NCBI RefSeq assembly: GCF_006345805.1
Contig: NC_043008.1
Location: forward strand, 5,208,001 to 5,272,000
Source: Octopus sinensis
Taxonomy: Eukaryota
Length of the DNA stretch: 64,000 nt
Direction of reading: 5' to 3'
Part shown: piece after piece, positions 50,070-63,020 of the stretch
How the letters are laid out: each line of letters starts with the position of its first letter
Position numbering within the stretch: position 1 is the stretch's first letter
The notes under the pieces: model-generated
Told to the model about the DNA's origin: nothing
Seen by the model: only the letters and a program-made list of their open reading frames with translations
The model's database searches: none
Program-made: the position numbers and the translations under genes

Positions 50070-50712
50070 CCTCAATGAGTCCAAGACTGAATATGTAAAC
50101 ATGCCTGTCCAACAGTGATTTCATCATCCATACTCTCAACAATACGCTCTTAAATATGGTTTCTGATTACAAATATCTTGGGTCATACATATCATCAACT
50201 GAAAAAGATTTTCTAACTAGAAAGGGTATGGCCTGGTCAGCCTGTAATGATGATCTGGTCATCAAATCTAAGTAGAGATTTCAAACTTAAAATCTTCAAA
50301 GCCATAGATGAACCAATTCTACTATATGGCTCAGAAACCTGGACATTATCAAAGAAGATTGAGAGGCAGTTGGATGGAACTTACACTCGTCTCCTTATAA
50401 CAGCTCAAAATCTCTCATGGAAGCATCATCCAACCAAAGTACTAATATAAGGGAAATTACCACCTGTATCATCTCTTGTGAAAGGTAGAAGAGTCCAGTT
50501 TGCTGGACATTGTTGTAGAGCTGAAAACGAGGTAATTTCTACTCTTCTCCTCTGGAAGCCATCTGTTCGTGATACCAGAAGGTACACACTCTCCTACCCT
50601 GATGTAATCTCCAGGGATACAGGCATCCAGCAACAGGACCTCTGTAATGCTATGATGGACCATGAAGTCTGGCATAACATGGTAAATTCTCGACCACGGT
50701 CGAACAATGAAT
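50070..50712 (+). mobile_element. RTE-S copy
   Basis: ORFs 50247..50450 and 50478..50714; near-identical to the 46925-47705 copy. Confidence 0.8.
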
Positions 50713-52085
50713 GAGGGATGACTGGTTGATATGTGTCATTGGAGAAGGACCATTCAGTTTGGCATAAACACCTAACACCAGAATAAATACATTTAAGTTT
50801 ATTCAGCAACAGCTGTCTTTGAATTTTATTATTTCTAAATCGATGACGTTATTCCCTGTAAAACACTGATTGAATTCAACATGTTATGCCACTAATCTAA
50901 TTTTTAGACTTATGTTACACAACATAATCGTTTAATGTAGAAGGCCAAAGTGCATGGTTAACAGGATCAGGACAAAAGCCACGTGATGCATCATCATCAT
51001 CATCGTTTAACGTCCACTTTCCATGCTAGCATGGGTTGGACGATTTTGACTGAGGGCTGGTGAACCAGATGGCTGCACCAAGCTCCAATCTTGATCTGGC
51101 AGAGTTTCTACAGCTGGATGCTCTTCCTAACGCCAACCACTCTGAGAGTGTAGTGGGTGCTTTTTATGTGCCACCAGCACGGGGGCCAGTCAGGCGGTAC
51201 TGGCAATGACCTCGCTCGAATCTTTTTACACATGCCAGTAAGGCGACGTTAGTAGCGATCATGCTCGAATGGTGCCCTTTTATGTGCCACCGGCACGGGA
51301 GCCAGTTGGCTGCTCTCACAACGATCACGCTTGGATGGTGCTCTTGGCACCCTACTAGCACGGGCACAAGTGCCAGTAAGGTGATGCTGGTAACGATCAC
51401 ACTCAAATGGTGCTCTGCCGTGACCATCCCATTCTTCTATCGGACATTCTGTATCCGATGCATTCTTTCCTTTTCAACGCGGATTGCTTTATTTTAGATG
51501 GAGTTTTGCCAAGTCAAGCGAGCATATAGAGCGCTTCTCACCATTGTTGTTTTACAGATGTTTTTGTTCAATGGCTTATTTACATCAGCACAAATACTGA
51601 ATTGTCACCTTTGTTCCTTGTGTTTACATTGGAATATTGAACCGATATTCTTTACAACACTAGATATCAATTGCGCATTCGCACACACAGAGTATTTTTT
51701 TACATTTCATTAAGTGAGATATATATATAGTACAAAGTAAAATAGGGGTTATGGGTGTAATAATAATAATAATAATAATAGTATTATTATTATTAATAAT
51801 TGATTATTATTTATCTGTTCATAAGCATAGACGTGTTTATATGTTCCAATGTATGTGTATATATCTATGTATATGATGTATGGTATATCTACTTGAACCT
51901 ATTGTTTAATTGTGTTTATTTATGTATTTTGCACATGTAAATAGTATATACACTTTGCTTATGTATGTATATGTGTGTATATATGTATATGTCTATATGG
52001 ATATTTGTTCATATTTTTTTATATATATTAAATAATACGTGTATCATGTTTAATGTATTAATATTAATATTTTTCAAGTTCCTTA

Positions 52086-52225
52086 TAATCTCTGACGAAG
52101 CCTATGGTTATATATATAAGTACCCTATTTTTATATGTCTACAACCTCACTATGTTGACAACTATAGGCAATAAAAATAAAATTAATTACTTTTAACTAT
52201 AGGCTGAAACAACTGTAAGAAGTGA
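52086..52225 (+). ncRNA. Type I hammerhead ribozyme motif
   Basis: CTGACGA 52092-52098; 12-bp stem II AGCCTATGGTTA/TAACTATAGGCT; GAAA 52206-52209; C-AACT-GTA; stem I TCT/AGA. Confidence 0.7.
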
Positions 52226-52721
52226 TTTTAATGATTTCAATAATTTATATTATGACTTTTATAATTTGTATTCTTATCTTATTTGTATTGAATTATAAGA
52301 TATATATGTATGATATTGAGGTTCTCATCTTGTTAAATGAAATCCAACATTCTAATATCCGAAAGTTGATGAACAAACTAAATTTATTTCTCCATTTTCT
52401 TATTTGTATTATATATATATATATATACATACAAGGGCAAAGAATTCATGAGAAAAATTAATTCCCAAAAAATTAATTTGCTAAGATATTATAAATTTTG
52501 TTATCTGGTATTATCTGGCAGAAACCAGTCCACATGAGTCCAAATACTTAAATGTATGTTAGGAGATTTTATTAACCTGATCTGCCTTCGGTTGAATTCT
52601 GTAGTTATGAGTGTATTTTGACAATTTAAATAAGAGTTTTGACTGTTAATTCCAGCAGGTAGACATACTTAGTATGTCCTTTGATTAATTTTAATCCTTT
52701 AGTTATATGTATATATACACA

Positions 52722-53560
52722 CAGGGGTTGGACAAAATAATGGAAACACCTCGCATTATAATTTTGAAATATCTATATAACTGTCAAAAGCGTGTTTATT
52801 TTTATGTTTTTTGATTTATTATTAGTGTTGCTTAATATGTTTTGCAACAGTTGCTGTTTCTTTTCAGATATCATCAAAAAAAGGCAATTAGAATTCATTA
52901 AAATGACAGATCTATCAGACTTTCAAAGAGGTCAAATTGTTGGTGCTCATTAGTGTAACGAAAACAGCTGAAATATTTAGTGTATTAAGAAGTACTGTCT
53001 CGAAAGTTATGACAGCCTTTGAGAAAGAGGGGAAAACCTTGTTGAAACAAAATTCCGGAAGAAAATCAAAACTTTCAGATAGGGACCATCGGACTGTTAC
53101 ACAAATTGTTAGAAAGGATCACAAAAGTAAGGCTCCTAAAATTACTGCAGAGCTTAATGACCACCTTGAGAATCCAGTTTCCACAAAAAATGTTTCCTGA
53201 GAGCTGCACAAAGTCGGATTTCATGGAAGAGTTGCAAACCACTATTTTCAAAAACATATGTTGCAAAGCATTTAGAGTGGAGTAAAAACCTACAGAATTG
53301 GTTCCTAGAGCAGTGGAAGAATGTTATTTTCTCAGACAAGTCATCCTTTACCTTATTTCCGACCACTGGCTGAGTATACATGTGGAGACAGCTAAAAGAA
53401 GCATTTGACCCAGACTGCCTTCTTCCAACTGTTAAACATGGAGGAGGATCTGTGATTATCTGAGGGGACTATATCTTGGAAATTCGCCAGCCCAATAGTT
53501 TCCCTTCGTGGCAGAATTAATAGCCAAGACTATTTAAGCATTTTATCTGAACAAATTCAT
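52722..53560 (+). mobile_element. Tc1-like element, 5' half
   Basis: TIR-like CAGGGGTTGGACAAAATAATGGAAAC; degenerate transposase LSDFQRGQIVG..GRKSKLSDRD..VIFSDKS..VKHGGGSV. Confidence 0.8.
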
Positions 53561-53569
53561 TTTTTGTGA

Positions 53570-56500
53570 AAATTTCTTGTAAAAAATATCTTCAATAGAA
53601 GAAAAGAGGAATTTTGCCTCCGTTGTAGGAGGAAGTGAAACAACCAATTACAAAGAATTCAAGCTTTGTACAGAATGATTTCTGAGAAAAATGGTGAAAG
53701 TAGAATTATGCCCCCCCCCCTTCCCGTGAAATTTTACTCATAAACAAAGAGTGCACAATTGTGTATAAGACTTACAACGCAAAGAAGAAACATTTTGAGA
53801 AAGCACAATAGAAAGTTGTCTCGGGCCAGTGTTCGGCCAGATAAAGTACCTCACCCGAGCTACAAGATTTGCAAAGTACAAATATATGGGAAATTACCTC
53901 TTGTATCATCTCTTGTGAAAGGTAGAAGAGTCCAGTTTGCTGGACATTGTTGTAGAGCTGAAAACGAGGTAATTTCTATTCTTCTCCTCTGGAAGCCATC
54001 TGCCCGCGATACCAGAGGGTACACACTCTCCTACCCTGATGTAAACTCCAGGGATACAGGCATCCAGCAACAGGACCTCCGTAATGCTATGATGAACCGT
54101 GAAGTCTGGCGTAGCATAGTAAATTCCATTGTCTCGACCACGGTCGAACAATGATGATGATGAACGGTTGAGACAGGGTTCGAGCCAGTTGAAAAGGCAA
54201 AAGAATTCTCGACTTGAACCTTGCAAAGTGGTAGCATTATGATGGGACGTAGAATGTCTCGAATCAAAATTTAAAATACCCCCCCCCCCCCCGGAGGTGG
54301 AAATGACATGGGTACTAGCCACACTACTGTACGAGTGGAAAAGCAAAATAAAACATAATTCAAATAACAAGTGATGCACCACAAAACGGGAGAGAACAAA
54401 CACTAGAAGTCTTGGTTCAAGTTACAATGATTGATTTGGAAAAACTACCAGAAAAGATTTTATTTGGCGAGGATATTGTCTTAGCAGTCTATGTGGTGGG
54501 GAGGAAGCCCAAGTGCTTCAAATGTGGAAGAAATGAGCACCTGAGGTCAAGATGCTCCCCTCCACAAAAAGAAAAAGACAACGAACAGGAGGAAAATAAA
54601 GAGGAGCTGGCGCCCTCCGGCCATGGAGGCTGTTACACAGAGGGCGACCTGGAAACAAACCGGCCGAAGCGACACCAGCGGTAGAAGAAATGAACTTTGA
54701 AACGGTGTCGTGAAAAAGGCCTAAAAAATTATCGAAGTCACCAAATAAAGAGGTAGCACCGAAGACCAGGGAAAGGATGAAACATTACTGGACTTAGAAA
54801 AAGTGAAAGTCACACACAATTTAAAGGAAAAGACAATTGTAGTGTTTGAAAATATGAACAACACCATCATGGGGATATAGGAATATATATGACCGTACGT
54901 AAGGTGTTGGTGACAAATGTCTCCTTTTAAATGCTGCACGGTCGCTCCTGACAAATATTGGATACCAAATACATGATACAGTTTCATAATTACAGAAATA
55001 CATTCATTAATAAGTTGAAGAACGTGAAGAAAGAGAAAATAATTTCAACATTATTTTATTATATACATATAGCAATTTTAATATTTATATACATTTTGAA
55101 GAAAAGTAATTTTTGTCATAGAGAATTATGACTTAATATTTTAGCTATATTAAATCTCAACAATTCAAATAAGACTTGTTGGATTTTTCATGGACATGGC
55201 ATAAAAAATAACCAATGTCTCAAAGGAGTGAGTGTCGTGGAGTTTAGTTACATCCCACAAACACTGAAGTTTTTCCCAAAATCCAGGGTTTTTATAACTG
55301 CTCAACTTGACTTTAAAGAATCGAAATCACATAAAAATATTCTTTAACTAACTTTTAGAATTCCTATATGAGCAGTTATATCAACCAATGGGAAAACGAC
55401 AATCATATTTCTTTGGTAATACGAAATTACGTCATATTGCCAGAAACCACAAATTGGCGCTACTATTTGAAAATGGTTACATGCTACAGGGATAATGAAG
55501 CCCCACTTAAAGTGTAACATTTTTTGGACGAGTAACCACCAAAACACAAACACTATTGCAAAAATACCTCGAGACCTTTACAAAGACCTATCATCATCAT
55601 CATAATCATCAGTGTTTAATGTCCGCCTTCCATGCGAGCATTGGTTGGACGATTTTGACTGAGGGCTGGCGAACCAGATGGCTGCACCAGGCTCCAATCT
55701 TGATCTGGCAGAGTTTCTACAGCTGGATGCCCTTCCTAATGCCAACCACTCCGAAAGTGTAGTGGGTGCCTTTTACGTGCCACCGGCACGGGGGCCAGTC
55801 AGGCAGTACTGGCAATGACCTCGCTCGAATCTTTTTACACATGCCACTGGCACAGGTGCCAGTAAGGTGATGTTGGTAATGATCACGCTCCAATGGTGCT
55901 CTTTTACATGCCACCGGCATGGAGCCAGTTGGCGGCTCTAAACAGCAGATATCCAAAAGAGATACGCGAACTAACAGACATGCCCAAAGTGTTTGACACA
56001 CCGATGGAACCCACCTTAGAAGAGACGAAGGGGGTAGTTAGTCTTGGCCTTGGTGGCACTGAGAACAATTCCCCTGGATTAAGTGAGGCAACTTTCTTTT
56101 TTGTCGTTTTTGATATAGCTTCATTACATGTAGGCAGTCTGAATGTGCGTAGCCTGAATTCGAAGTGGAAGCAAGTCTGTTTCCTCGACAACTCAGGTCA
56201 CATAAAATTGATGTGCAGGTGGAAAGTAAAGAAAAACTGTTTTGACCCTGTGCTTGAGGAGACCTATTGAGTCAAGTACATCAACATCAAAAATCAATGG
56301 AAATTGTAGTCGTGATCCCTGTTCCGGTGGCACGTAAAAAGCACCATCCGAACGTGGCCGATGCCAGCGCTGCCTCGACTGGCTTCTGTGCCAGTGGCAC
56401 GTAAAATGCACCATCCGAACATGGCAGTTGTCAGCACCGCCTGACTGGCGTCCGTGTCGGTGATATGTAAAAGCACCAACCAATCGTGGTCGTTTGCCAG

Positions 56501-57245
56501 CCTTCCCTGGCCCCTGTGCCGGTGGCACGCAAAAAGCACCCACAACACTCACGGAGTGGTTAGCATTAGGAAGGGCATCTAGCTGTAGCAACACTGTCAG
56601 ATCAGACTGGAGCCTGGTGCAGGCTCTTGGCTTCCCAGACCCCGGTCGAACCGTCAACCCATGCTAGCATGGAAAGCGGACGTTAAACGATGATAATGAT
56701 GATGTTGCTACAGAGACCAAGTTGGACAAGCTGCAGGCCTTCTTGAACCTCCTGAAAGACTATGAGAAAATCATGTTTCCTACTCAGACAGAGGGAGGGG
56801 TGGTGTTGTGGTTCTGATCCGAAAAAGCTTGGCTCTGCAGACATGTGCAATCTTTGTAGACCCAGAAGGTGATTCGGTCGTTCTGAATCTGACTTTCAGT
56901 GGTAACACCTTCAGGTTGACTGGCATTTATGCGGGCAAACGGAATGAGTTCTATTGACACCTGGAGGATTTTCTTGTGATGTAAAAAACAGTAGTAATGT
57001 TGAGCATCTTTAATGCTATTCTAGATGCATACCTAGATAACGTTGGCTCAACCAGTAGGGAGAGCAACTTGTGCCTCATCGGTCTGCTGCTGAAGCGATT
57101 TAGGCTGACAGATCGATTCAGACTTGGGAATCCTAGCATTCCAATGTGGACTTGGAGTAATAACTACGTATCTCTCAGATCTTATGTAGACAAGATAGTA
57201 GCGAATACTAGAAATAGGTCCTCTTTTAGCTGTCAACAGTTTACT
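53570..57245 (+). mobile_element. Fragmented Tx1/L1-like LINE (ORF1 zinc knuckle plus APE endonuclease)
   Basis: KPKCFKCGRNEHLRSRC (54412..54684); GSLNVRSLN (about 56130); VATET..GGVVVL..TGIYA..FNAIL..WTWS..SYVDKI (56704-57200); split by RTE insertions. Confidence 0.65.
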
Positions 57246-57251
57246 TATATA

Positions 57252-58171
57252 CAGAGTATCCATAAAGTCTATTTACAATTTAAAACTTTTATTACAAAGG
57301 CAGTTGACAAGATATCTTAACCAAATTTATTTTATTGTAATAATTGTTTATTAAAGTTTTTTTAACTGTTATTTAATAAACCTCAATATGTGCACCATTA
57401 GTTGCGTGAAGCACATCAAGACGATACTCAATTTCTTGCCATGTTTGCTGTAGGATAGCCTCATCAGTGGTGGCAATGGCATTAAGAATCCTTTGCTTCA
57501 AGTCAGCAATGTCCTGTATGTTTGTTTGATACACGATATCTTTTACATAACCCCATAAAAAGAAGTCCAAGGAGTGATATCTGGTGAGCGTGGTGGCCAT
57601 GGAATTGGCCCATCCCTTCCAATCCATCGGTCTGGAAATGTTTGATTGAGGAACTGACGAACATGCCGTCCCCAATGTGGTGGTGCACCATCTTGCTGGA
57701 AAATGATGGTTGGTTGTAAATCAATCAATTGTGCTGCCACATATTCGGTCAGAAGGTCGAGGTAAAAATCTACAGTAATTGTTGCCTCGTAGAAGAAAAA
57801 TTGATCAATTATTTGATTGCACATGGTTCCACACCACACATTCCCTTTTGGACTCTCCTGCTGAAGCTCCCTAGTCACATGGGGGTGTTCTGATCTCCAG
57901 ATTCTCAAATTGTGTCTGTTTAATTTCCCTAAAACATGAAAAGTCGCCTCATCACTAAAACAAACTTGCTTGAGGAATGCTTCATCCTCATTTTATAGGA
58001 GTTCAGTGAATCAGTTCCCTTCCATCAACAGAGTATGTGAAACACAAAAATTTAGTATCAATAAAAACTTTAATAAACAATTATTAAAATAAAACAAATC
58101 TGGTTAAAATATCTCATCAACTGCCTTTGTATAATTATTTTAAATTGTAAAGAGACTTTATGGACACCCTG
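57252..58171 (-). mobile_element. Second copy of the same DD41D derivative
   Basis: Same TIRs and TA TSD; ORF 57543..57908 N-terminus identical to 12601..13047; I count 41 residues between QQD and the TPLD aspartate after correcting one frameshift. Confidence 0.88.
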
Positions 58172-58182
58172 TATGTATATAT

Positions 58183-58233
<51 letters not shown>

Positions 58234-58284
58234 ATTGGTGAATTGAAGAAATGGAGCTGAACGCAGATTGAACAGAAATCGTTT

Positions 58285-58377
58285 TATTTCATTCTACACG
58301 TGTTTCGAAAGGCACAATTACCAAAATCCGATTGAATAATGGGACCATATTGTGTCTTTCTCTTCAGGAAGAAAAAA
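58285..58377 (-). ncRNA. Hammerhead ribozyme motif, inverted twin of 59081-59177
   Basis: Reverse complement of the right-arm motif in the left palindrome arm (TCTTCAG 58361-58367). Confidence 0.75.
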
Positions 58378-59080
58378 GGAAATCCGTTGGAAAAACAAAA
58401 ACAGAACAGAGGCAGAGCAAAAAACAAATCGAACTGTGCTCCTAAGAGCCCATGGCGAAACTGTTTATCAGTGTATGTTGAGAACCGGTGGCTGAAGAAT
58501 TCAACAGGTCAGGCATCGGTCAAACATGTGGTGGGGGTGTATAGATGTTCTTTGTGACCGAGAATAAAGTTCTGACTATTTAAAGAATATTGGATGTTTT
58601 ATAAGGGGCGAGAAAAATCTACTTAGAGACGTGTGTGTGTGTATACTGTTCTATATATGTGTGTGTTGGCGTAGGGGTAGAAAACATTTTTTGTGTACGT
58701 GTGTGCGTTTGATCGTTCGGCTGTCAGCCACTGACAGCCGAACGATCAAACGCACACACGTACACAAAAAATGTTTTCTACCCCTACGCCAACACACACA
58801 TATATAGAACAGTATACACACACACACGTCTCTAAGTAGATTTTCTCGCCCCTTATAAAACATCCAATATTCTTTAAATAGTCAGAACTTTATTCTCGGT
58901 CACAAAGAACATCTATACACCCCCACCCACATGTTTGACCGATGCCTGACCTGTTGAATTCTTCAGCCACCGGTTCTCAACATACACTGATAAACAGTTT
59001 CGCCATGGGCTCTTAGGAGCACAGTTCGATTTGTTTTTTGCTCTGCCTCTGTTCTGTTTTTGTTTTTCCAACGGATTTCC

Positions 59081-59177
59081 TTTTTTCTTCCTGAAGAGAA
59101 AGACACAATATGGTCCCATTATTCAATCGGATTTTGGTAATTTGTGCCTTTCGAAACACGTGTAGAATGAAATAAAA
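59081..59177 (+). ncRNA. Type I hammerhead ribozyme motif (Penelope/retrozyme-like)
   Basis: CTGAAGA 59091-59097; stem II GAAAGACACAA/TTGTGCCTTTC; GAAA 59153-59156; palindromic stem III ACACGTGT; GUA triplet 59162-59164; stem I TTCTTC/GAATGAA. Confidence 0.75.
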
Positions 59178-59383
59178 CGATTTCTGTTCAATCTGCGTTC
59201 AGCTCCATTTCTTCAATTCACCAATAATGTTTTAATTTCAATTATCCGCACCAACGCTCGGTTGCAACGCCAGATGGTTGTACCTCCAACCGTGCTGTTC
59301 ACTGCTGTGATTTTTGCTACTAAGGTATCGGTTAAACTTTTGATTAATCCACTACAAGATTATTCATCTTTCTATTTCACATA

Positions 59384-59415
<32 letters not shown>

Positions 59416-59619
59416 CAAATTTACAGAAAGCAAAATACAAAGACAGGTGAGGGAACAATAAACAGGTATATTAGTTTAATGGTCAGGAAGAATGGAAAAG
59501 TCTTTGACGTGTCGGGCCAACGCTCTTCAACAGAAAATTTTGAGAAGAAAAGAATGGAGAGAGAACGAAAAAAAAAATGAGAGAGATAAAGATGTGTAGG
59601 GATTAACGGTTCAACATGA

Positions 59620-61760
59620 TATATAAAATCACGATGGTAAATTTGAAGAAAGCCTTACAATGATAAAAGTACTAACAAAACTAGGTTACTGTTCTTCTGA
59701 TGGGTGACTTCAACTTCCCCCAACGAACATCAGATGGCTAGAAGGTGACAATGACACTCAAAGAGTGTGTAGTGATGCTAATTTGGAAGTTTTCAGTGTG
59801 CATGCGCAGAGTTGGATTACTTCCAGTAGGCTGCCGGAAGTTCCCTCATGTGTATGCGCAGAGAACTGCCAGCAGAAAGTTTTCCCGCTAGATCGGTCTT
59901 TTTGGAAGCTGCAGCCCTATCGAGTGGACACGACTCAACCTTCTCTCAAGGAAAACCCAACACGTAGAGAAGCCCCCTTCTACGCGGGAACGGAGACAGT
60001 ATTTTGGCTCACACAAGTTAACTATTGTGAATAGTTTTATGGCCTTGGCTACCAGTTCGCCCTGAAGAAAATATATGTGTATATATTTTATTTGCGAATC
60101 CAGACAAAAATAAAGTATTATTTATTGCTGTTGAAGATAGTTGAAGTTTTGGCTTTACTTTCGACACGATTTGAATGTAACAGGATAAGACCGACACCCC
60201 TCAAGTGTTCCAGAGACCTTCATCCTGTTACAAGTGCTATCGAGTAGAATCTCTACATAATCTCAGGAAAATGCTGTTCATGGTACAAGCCATACTCTCC
60301 CCAATCAGAAACGATAACATATGAGACCTCTGCTTTAGCAACAATGTGGAACTTATCCACAATGTGAAGATATCACCGACAATCTTCTCCAACTACAACA
60401 TGATAGAACTTACAGTGTAAGGTCCAAAATTAATCAATAATGTATTCCACACAGATGGCATCCAAACTATTTCCAATCTGAAGTCAATTGAAAAACAGAT
60501 ATTCCAGCAAAATTGGCTTAAAAGTCTCTTTATGAAAGATTCATTTATTCATTGTTCGACTGTGGTCGAGACAATGGAAGTTACTATGTTACGCCAGACT
60601 TCACGGTCCATCATAGCATTACGGAGGTCCTGTTGCTGGATGCCTGTATCCCTGGAGATTACATCCGGGTAAGAGCGTGTGCGCCCTCTGGTATCGCGAG
60701 CAGATGGCTTCCAGAGGAGAAGAGTAGAAATTACCTCATTTTCAGCTCTATAACAATGTCTAGCAAACTGGACTCTTCTACCTTTCACAAGAGATGATAC
60801 AGGTGGTAATTTCCCATATATTTGTACTTTTGGTTGGATGATACTTCCACGAGAGATTTTGAGCTCTCATAAGGAGGCGAGTGTAAGTTCCATCCAACTG
60901 CCTCTCAAGCTTCTTTGATAACGTCAAGGTTTCTGAGCCATATAGTAGAATTGGTTCGACTGTGGCTTTGAGTATGTAAACAAGTGCCTGTCCAACAGTG
61001 ATTTCATCATCAATACTCTCAACAATACGCTCTTAAATATGGTTTCTGATTACAAATATCTTGGGTTAAACATATCATCATCTGAAAAAGATTTTCTAAC
61101 TAGAAAGGGGATGGCCTGGTCAGCCTGTAATGATATGCATAAGATCTGGTCATCAAATCTAAGTAGAGATTTCAAACTTAAAATCTTCAAAGCCACAGTC
61201 GAACCAATTCTACTTATGAAAGATATTGATATGAAACTTGAAGAGTTCATGTCAATAATGCGATCCATTTGCATTAAATTTGTCCCAGAGAAGAGAGCGA
61301 CAACTTACAAAATCATCATTCTCTGAGACAGAAAAGTCTTTATGAACTGGAGAATAATGATGCTCAACCGCATCATTAGTGATAGCAAGAAATCCCTACT
61401 CAAAGAGACAATAAACTTAAACCTTCTCATGAAAAGGAAGAGATAGAAAGAGAAACCAGGGCGGCGGAAAATATAAAAAGCCTTCTACAAGAAAGTGTCT
61501 GCCTCCGTGCACTGCATGATTGAAGAAGACAGCTCGTTAACAGCAGACCCCAGGAGAATAATTGATAAATAAACAATTCCAAAGTGTCTTTAACTCTCTG
61601 TGTAAAACACGCAAATAAGTAAACCTGATGAGTTATTATGTAGATCCACATGGGAAAGACACAACTATCAATTACAGTGACTTTAAAGACGAAGATGTAA
61701 TATCGGCCATCGATGAGCTGAACACAGGAACGGGCCCAGATGGATTTCCACCTGTAGGGT
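59620..61760 (+). mobile_element. Degenerate LINE ORF2 remnant (APE to RT start; CR1/L2-like)
   Basis: LLMGDFNFP at about 59695 and GPDGFP at about 61733; hosts the inverted RTE-S insertion. Confidence 0.55.
60530..61224 (-). mobile_element. 5'-inverted RTE-S insertion with 11-bp TSD TTATGAAAGAT
   Basis: 60541-60970 is the RTE 3' end on the minus strand; 60971-61213 is the adjoining upstream segment on the plus strand; TSD at 60530-60540 and 61214-61224. Confidence 0.8.
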
Positions 61761-62592
61761 TAACCGACCATACATAAGGAGTTGGTGACAAAGGTCTCCT
61801 TTGAACGCCGCACAGTTTTCTGTAGCTGGAACATAGCTGAGTAGCTCTGTGGTCAGTGACTAGACCTTAAAAGATCTGGAGCCGAAAGACAGAGAATAGT
61901 GAAAATGGTAGCCTATTTAAGGGGCTAAGGTGGCTCAAAATGAAGCATCTTATCCGAAGGTCGTGATTGGTTGGCTTTACACAGTAGAGAGACAAACCGC
62001 ACCAAAGGCCAACCAATCAGAGCAGTGGACACAACAGAGTCAAACTAGCCAAAGATGGCTGTAATCTCAAACAAGATCATTCTTATTGTGTCTCTCAAAC
62101 AGTGAGGATATCAGATATGCTACACACCTGTTCTTTTAAATACATGAAAGAAAACTCTTGCGAAACCACTGCAGATACTTTCCCAAAGTTCCCTTGCATT
62201 GCATATGGTAAACTCCCCAAATTGTTAAAAGAAGGCACAAAAAAGAGCAGCTCTGTCCATCTTGCTACTTCACCAAAGACAGTACAGAAAAGAAATCCGA
62301 ACACACTGAAAGTTGGTGCTCTAGCATAGCTTCAGCCTCTGACCGAAACAGGTGTAAGGACTAAAGAACGTGTGTGTGTGCACACGTGTATACATTTATA
62401 TATATATTTGTGTGTATACATCTATATATGTGTGTATATTTATGTCTATATATATGTGTGATATTTAGTGATTTACGGCATGCATATTACACTGTGTGTA
62501 TAATACAGTGAATATAATTTAACGTTATCTATATGTTATGCTTAGTATACACGCCAATAATTGCGTTTTTATTTATTTTTTACTAACATATA

Positions 62593-62965
62593 GGCGTAGG
62601 AGTGGCTGTGTGGTAAGTAGCTTGCTTACAAACCACATGGTTCTGGGTTCAGTCCCACTACGTGGCACCTTGGGCAAGTGTCTTCTATTATATCCTCGGG
62701 CCAACCAAAGCCTTGTGAGTGGATTTGGTAGATGGAAAATGAAAGAAGCCTGTTGTATATATACTCTTTTACTTGTTTCAGTCATTTGACTGCGGCCATG
62801 CTGCAGCACCGCCTTTAGTCGAGCAAATCGACCCTGGGATTTATTCTTTTGTAAGCCCAGTACTTATTCTATCGGTCTCTTTTGCCAAACCACTACGTGA
62901 CGGGGACATAAACACACCAGCATCGGTTGTCAAGCAATGCTAGGGGGACAAACACAGACACACAA

Positions 62966-63020
<55 letters not shown>

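Larger units (their letters stand above)
150..56703. repeat. Roughly 30 dispersed RTE-L 3'-end copies (SINE-like truncated LINE tails)
   Basis: Shared terminal module CCCACTACACTC..GGAGTGGTTGGCGTTAGGAAGGGCATCCAGCTGTAGAAAC..CCATGCTAGCATGGAAA..CGTTAAA(TGA)n, contiguous with the RTE-L stop codon at 15129, 3823 and 27402. Copies include about 150-545, 3640-4110, 5125-6050, 8045-8700, 9495-9962, 17515-17960, 23925-24278, 24530-24870, 27145-28110, 28625-29260, 29690-29955, 30135-30490, 30780-31500, 36920-39137, 39565-40075, 43725-44180, 45085-45975, 46225-46745, 48610-49610, 50990-51415, 55590-55935, 56230-56703. Confidence 0.88.
58225..59234. repeat. 1010-bp near-perfect palindrome (503/504-bp arms, 3-nt loop CCA)
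   Basis: Centre GGCTGTCAG-CCA-CTGACAGCC at 58719-58739; arms are reverse complements out to 58225/59234. Confidence 0.95.

Noticed and set aside
131-56657. Recurrent ORFs such as [22 protein letters not shown]...
   Set aside because: Antisense readings of the RTE-L 3' UTR with inconsistent frames between copies.
59480-59540. Minus-strand TTGAAGA...GACACGTC resembling a minimal hammerhead
   Set aside because: Both core boxes deviate (no CUGA, no GAAA); at best a decayed relic.
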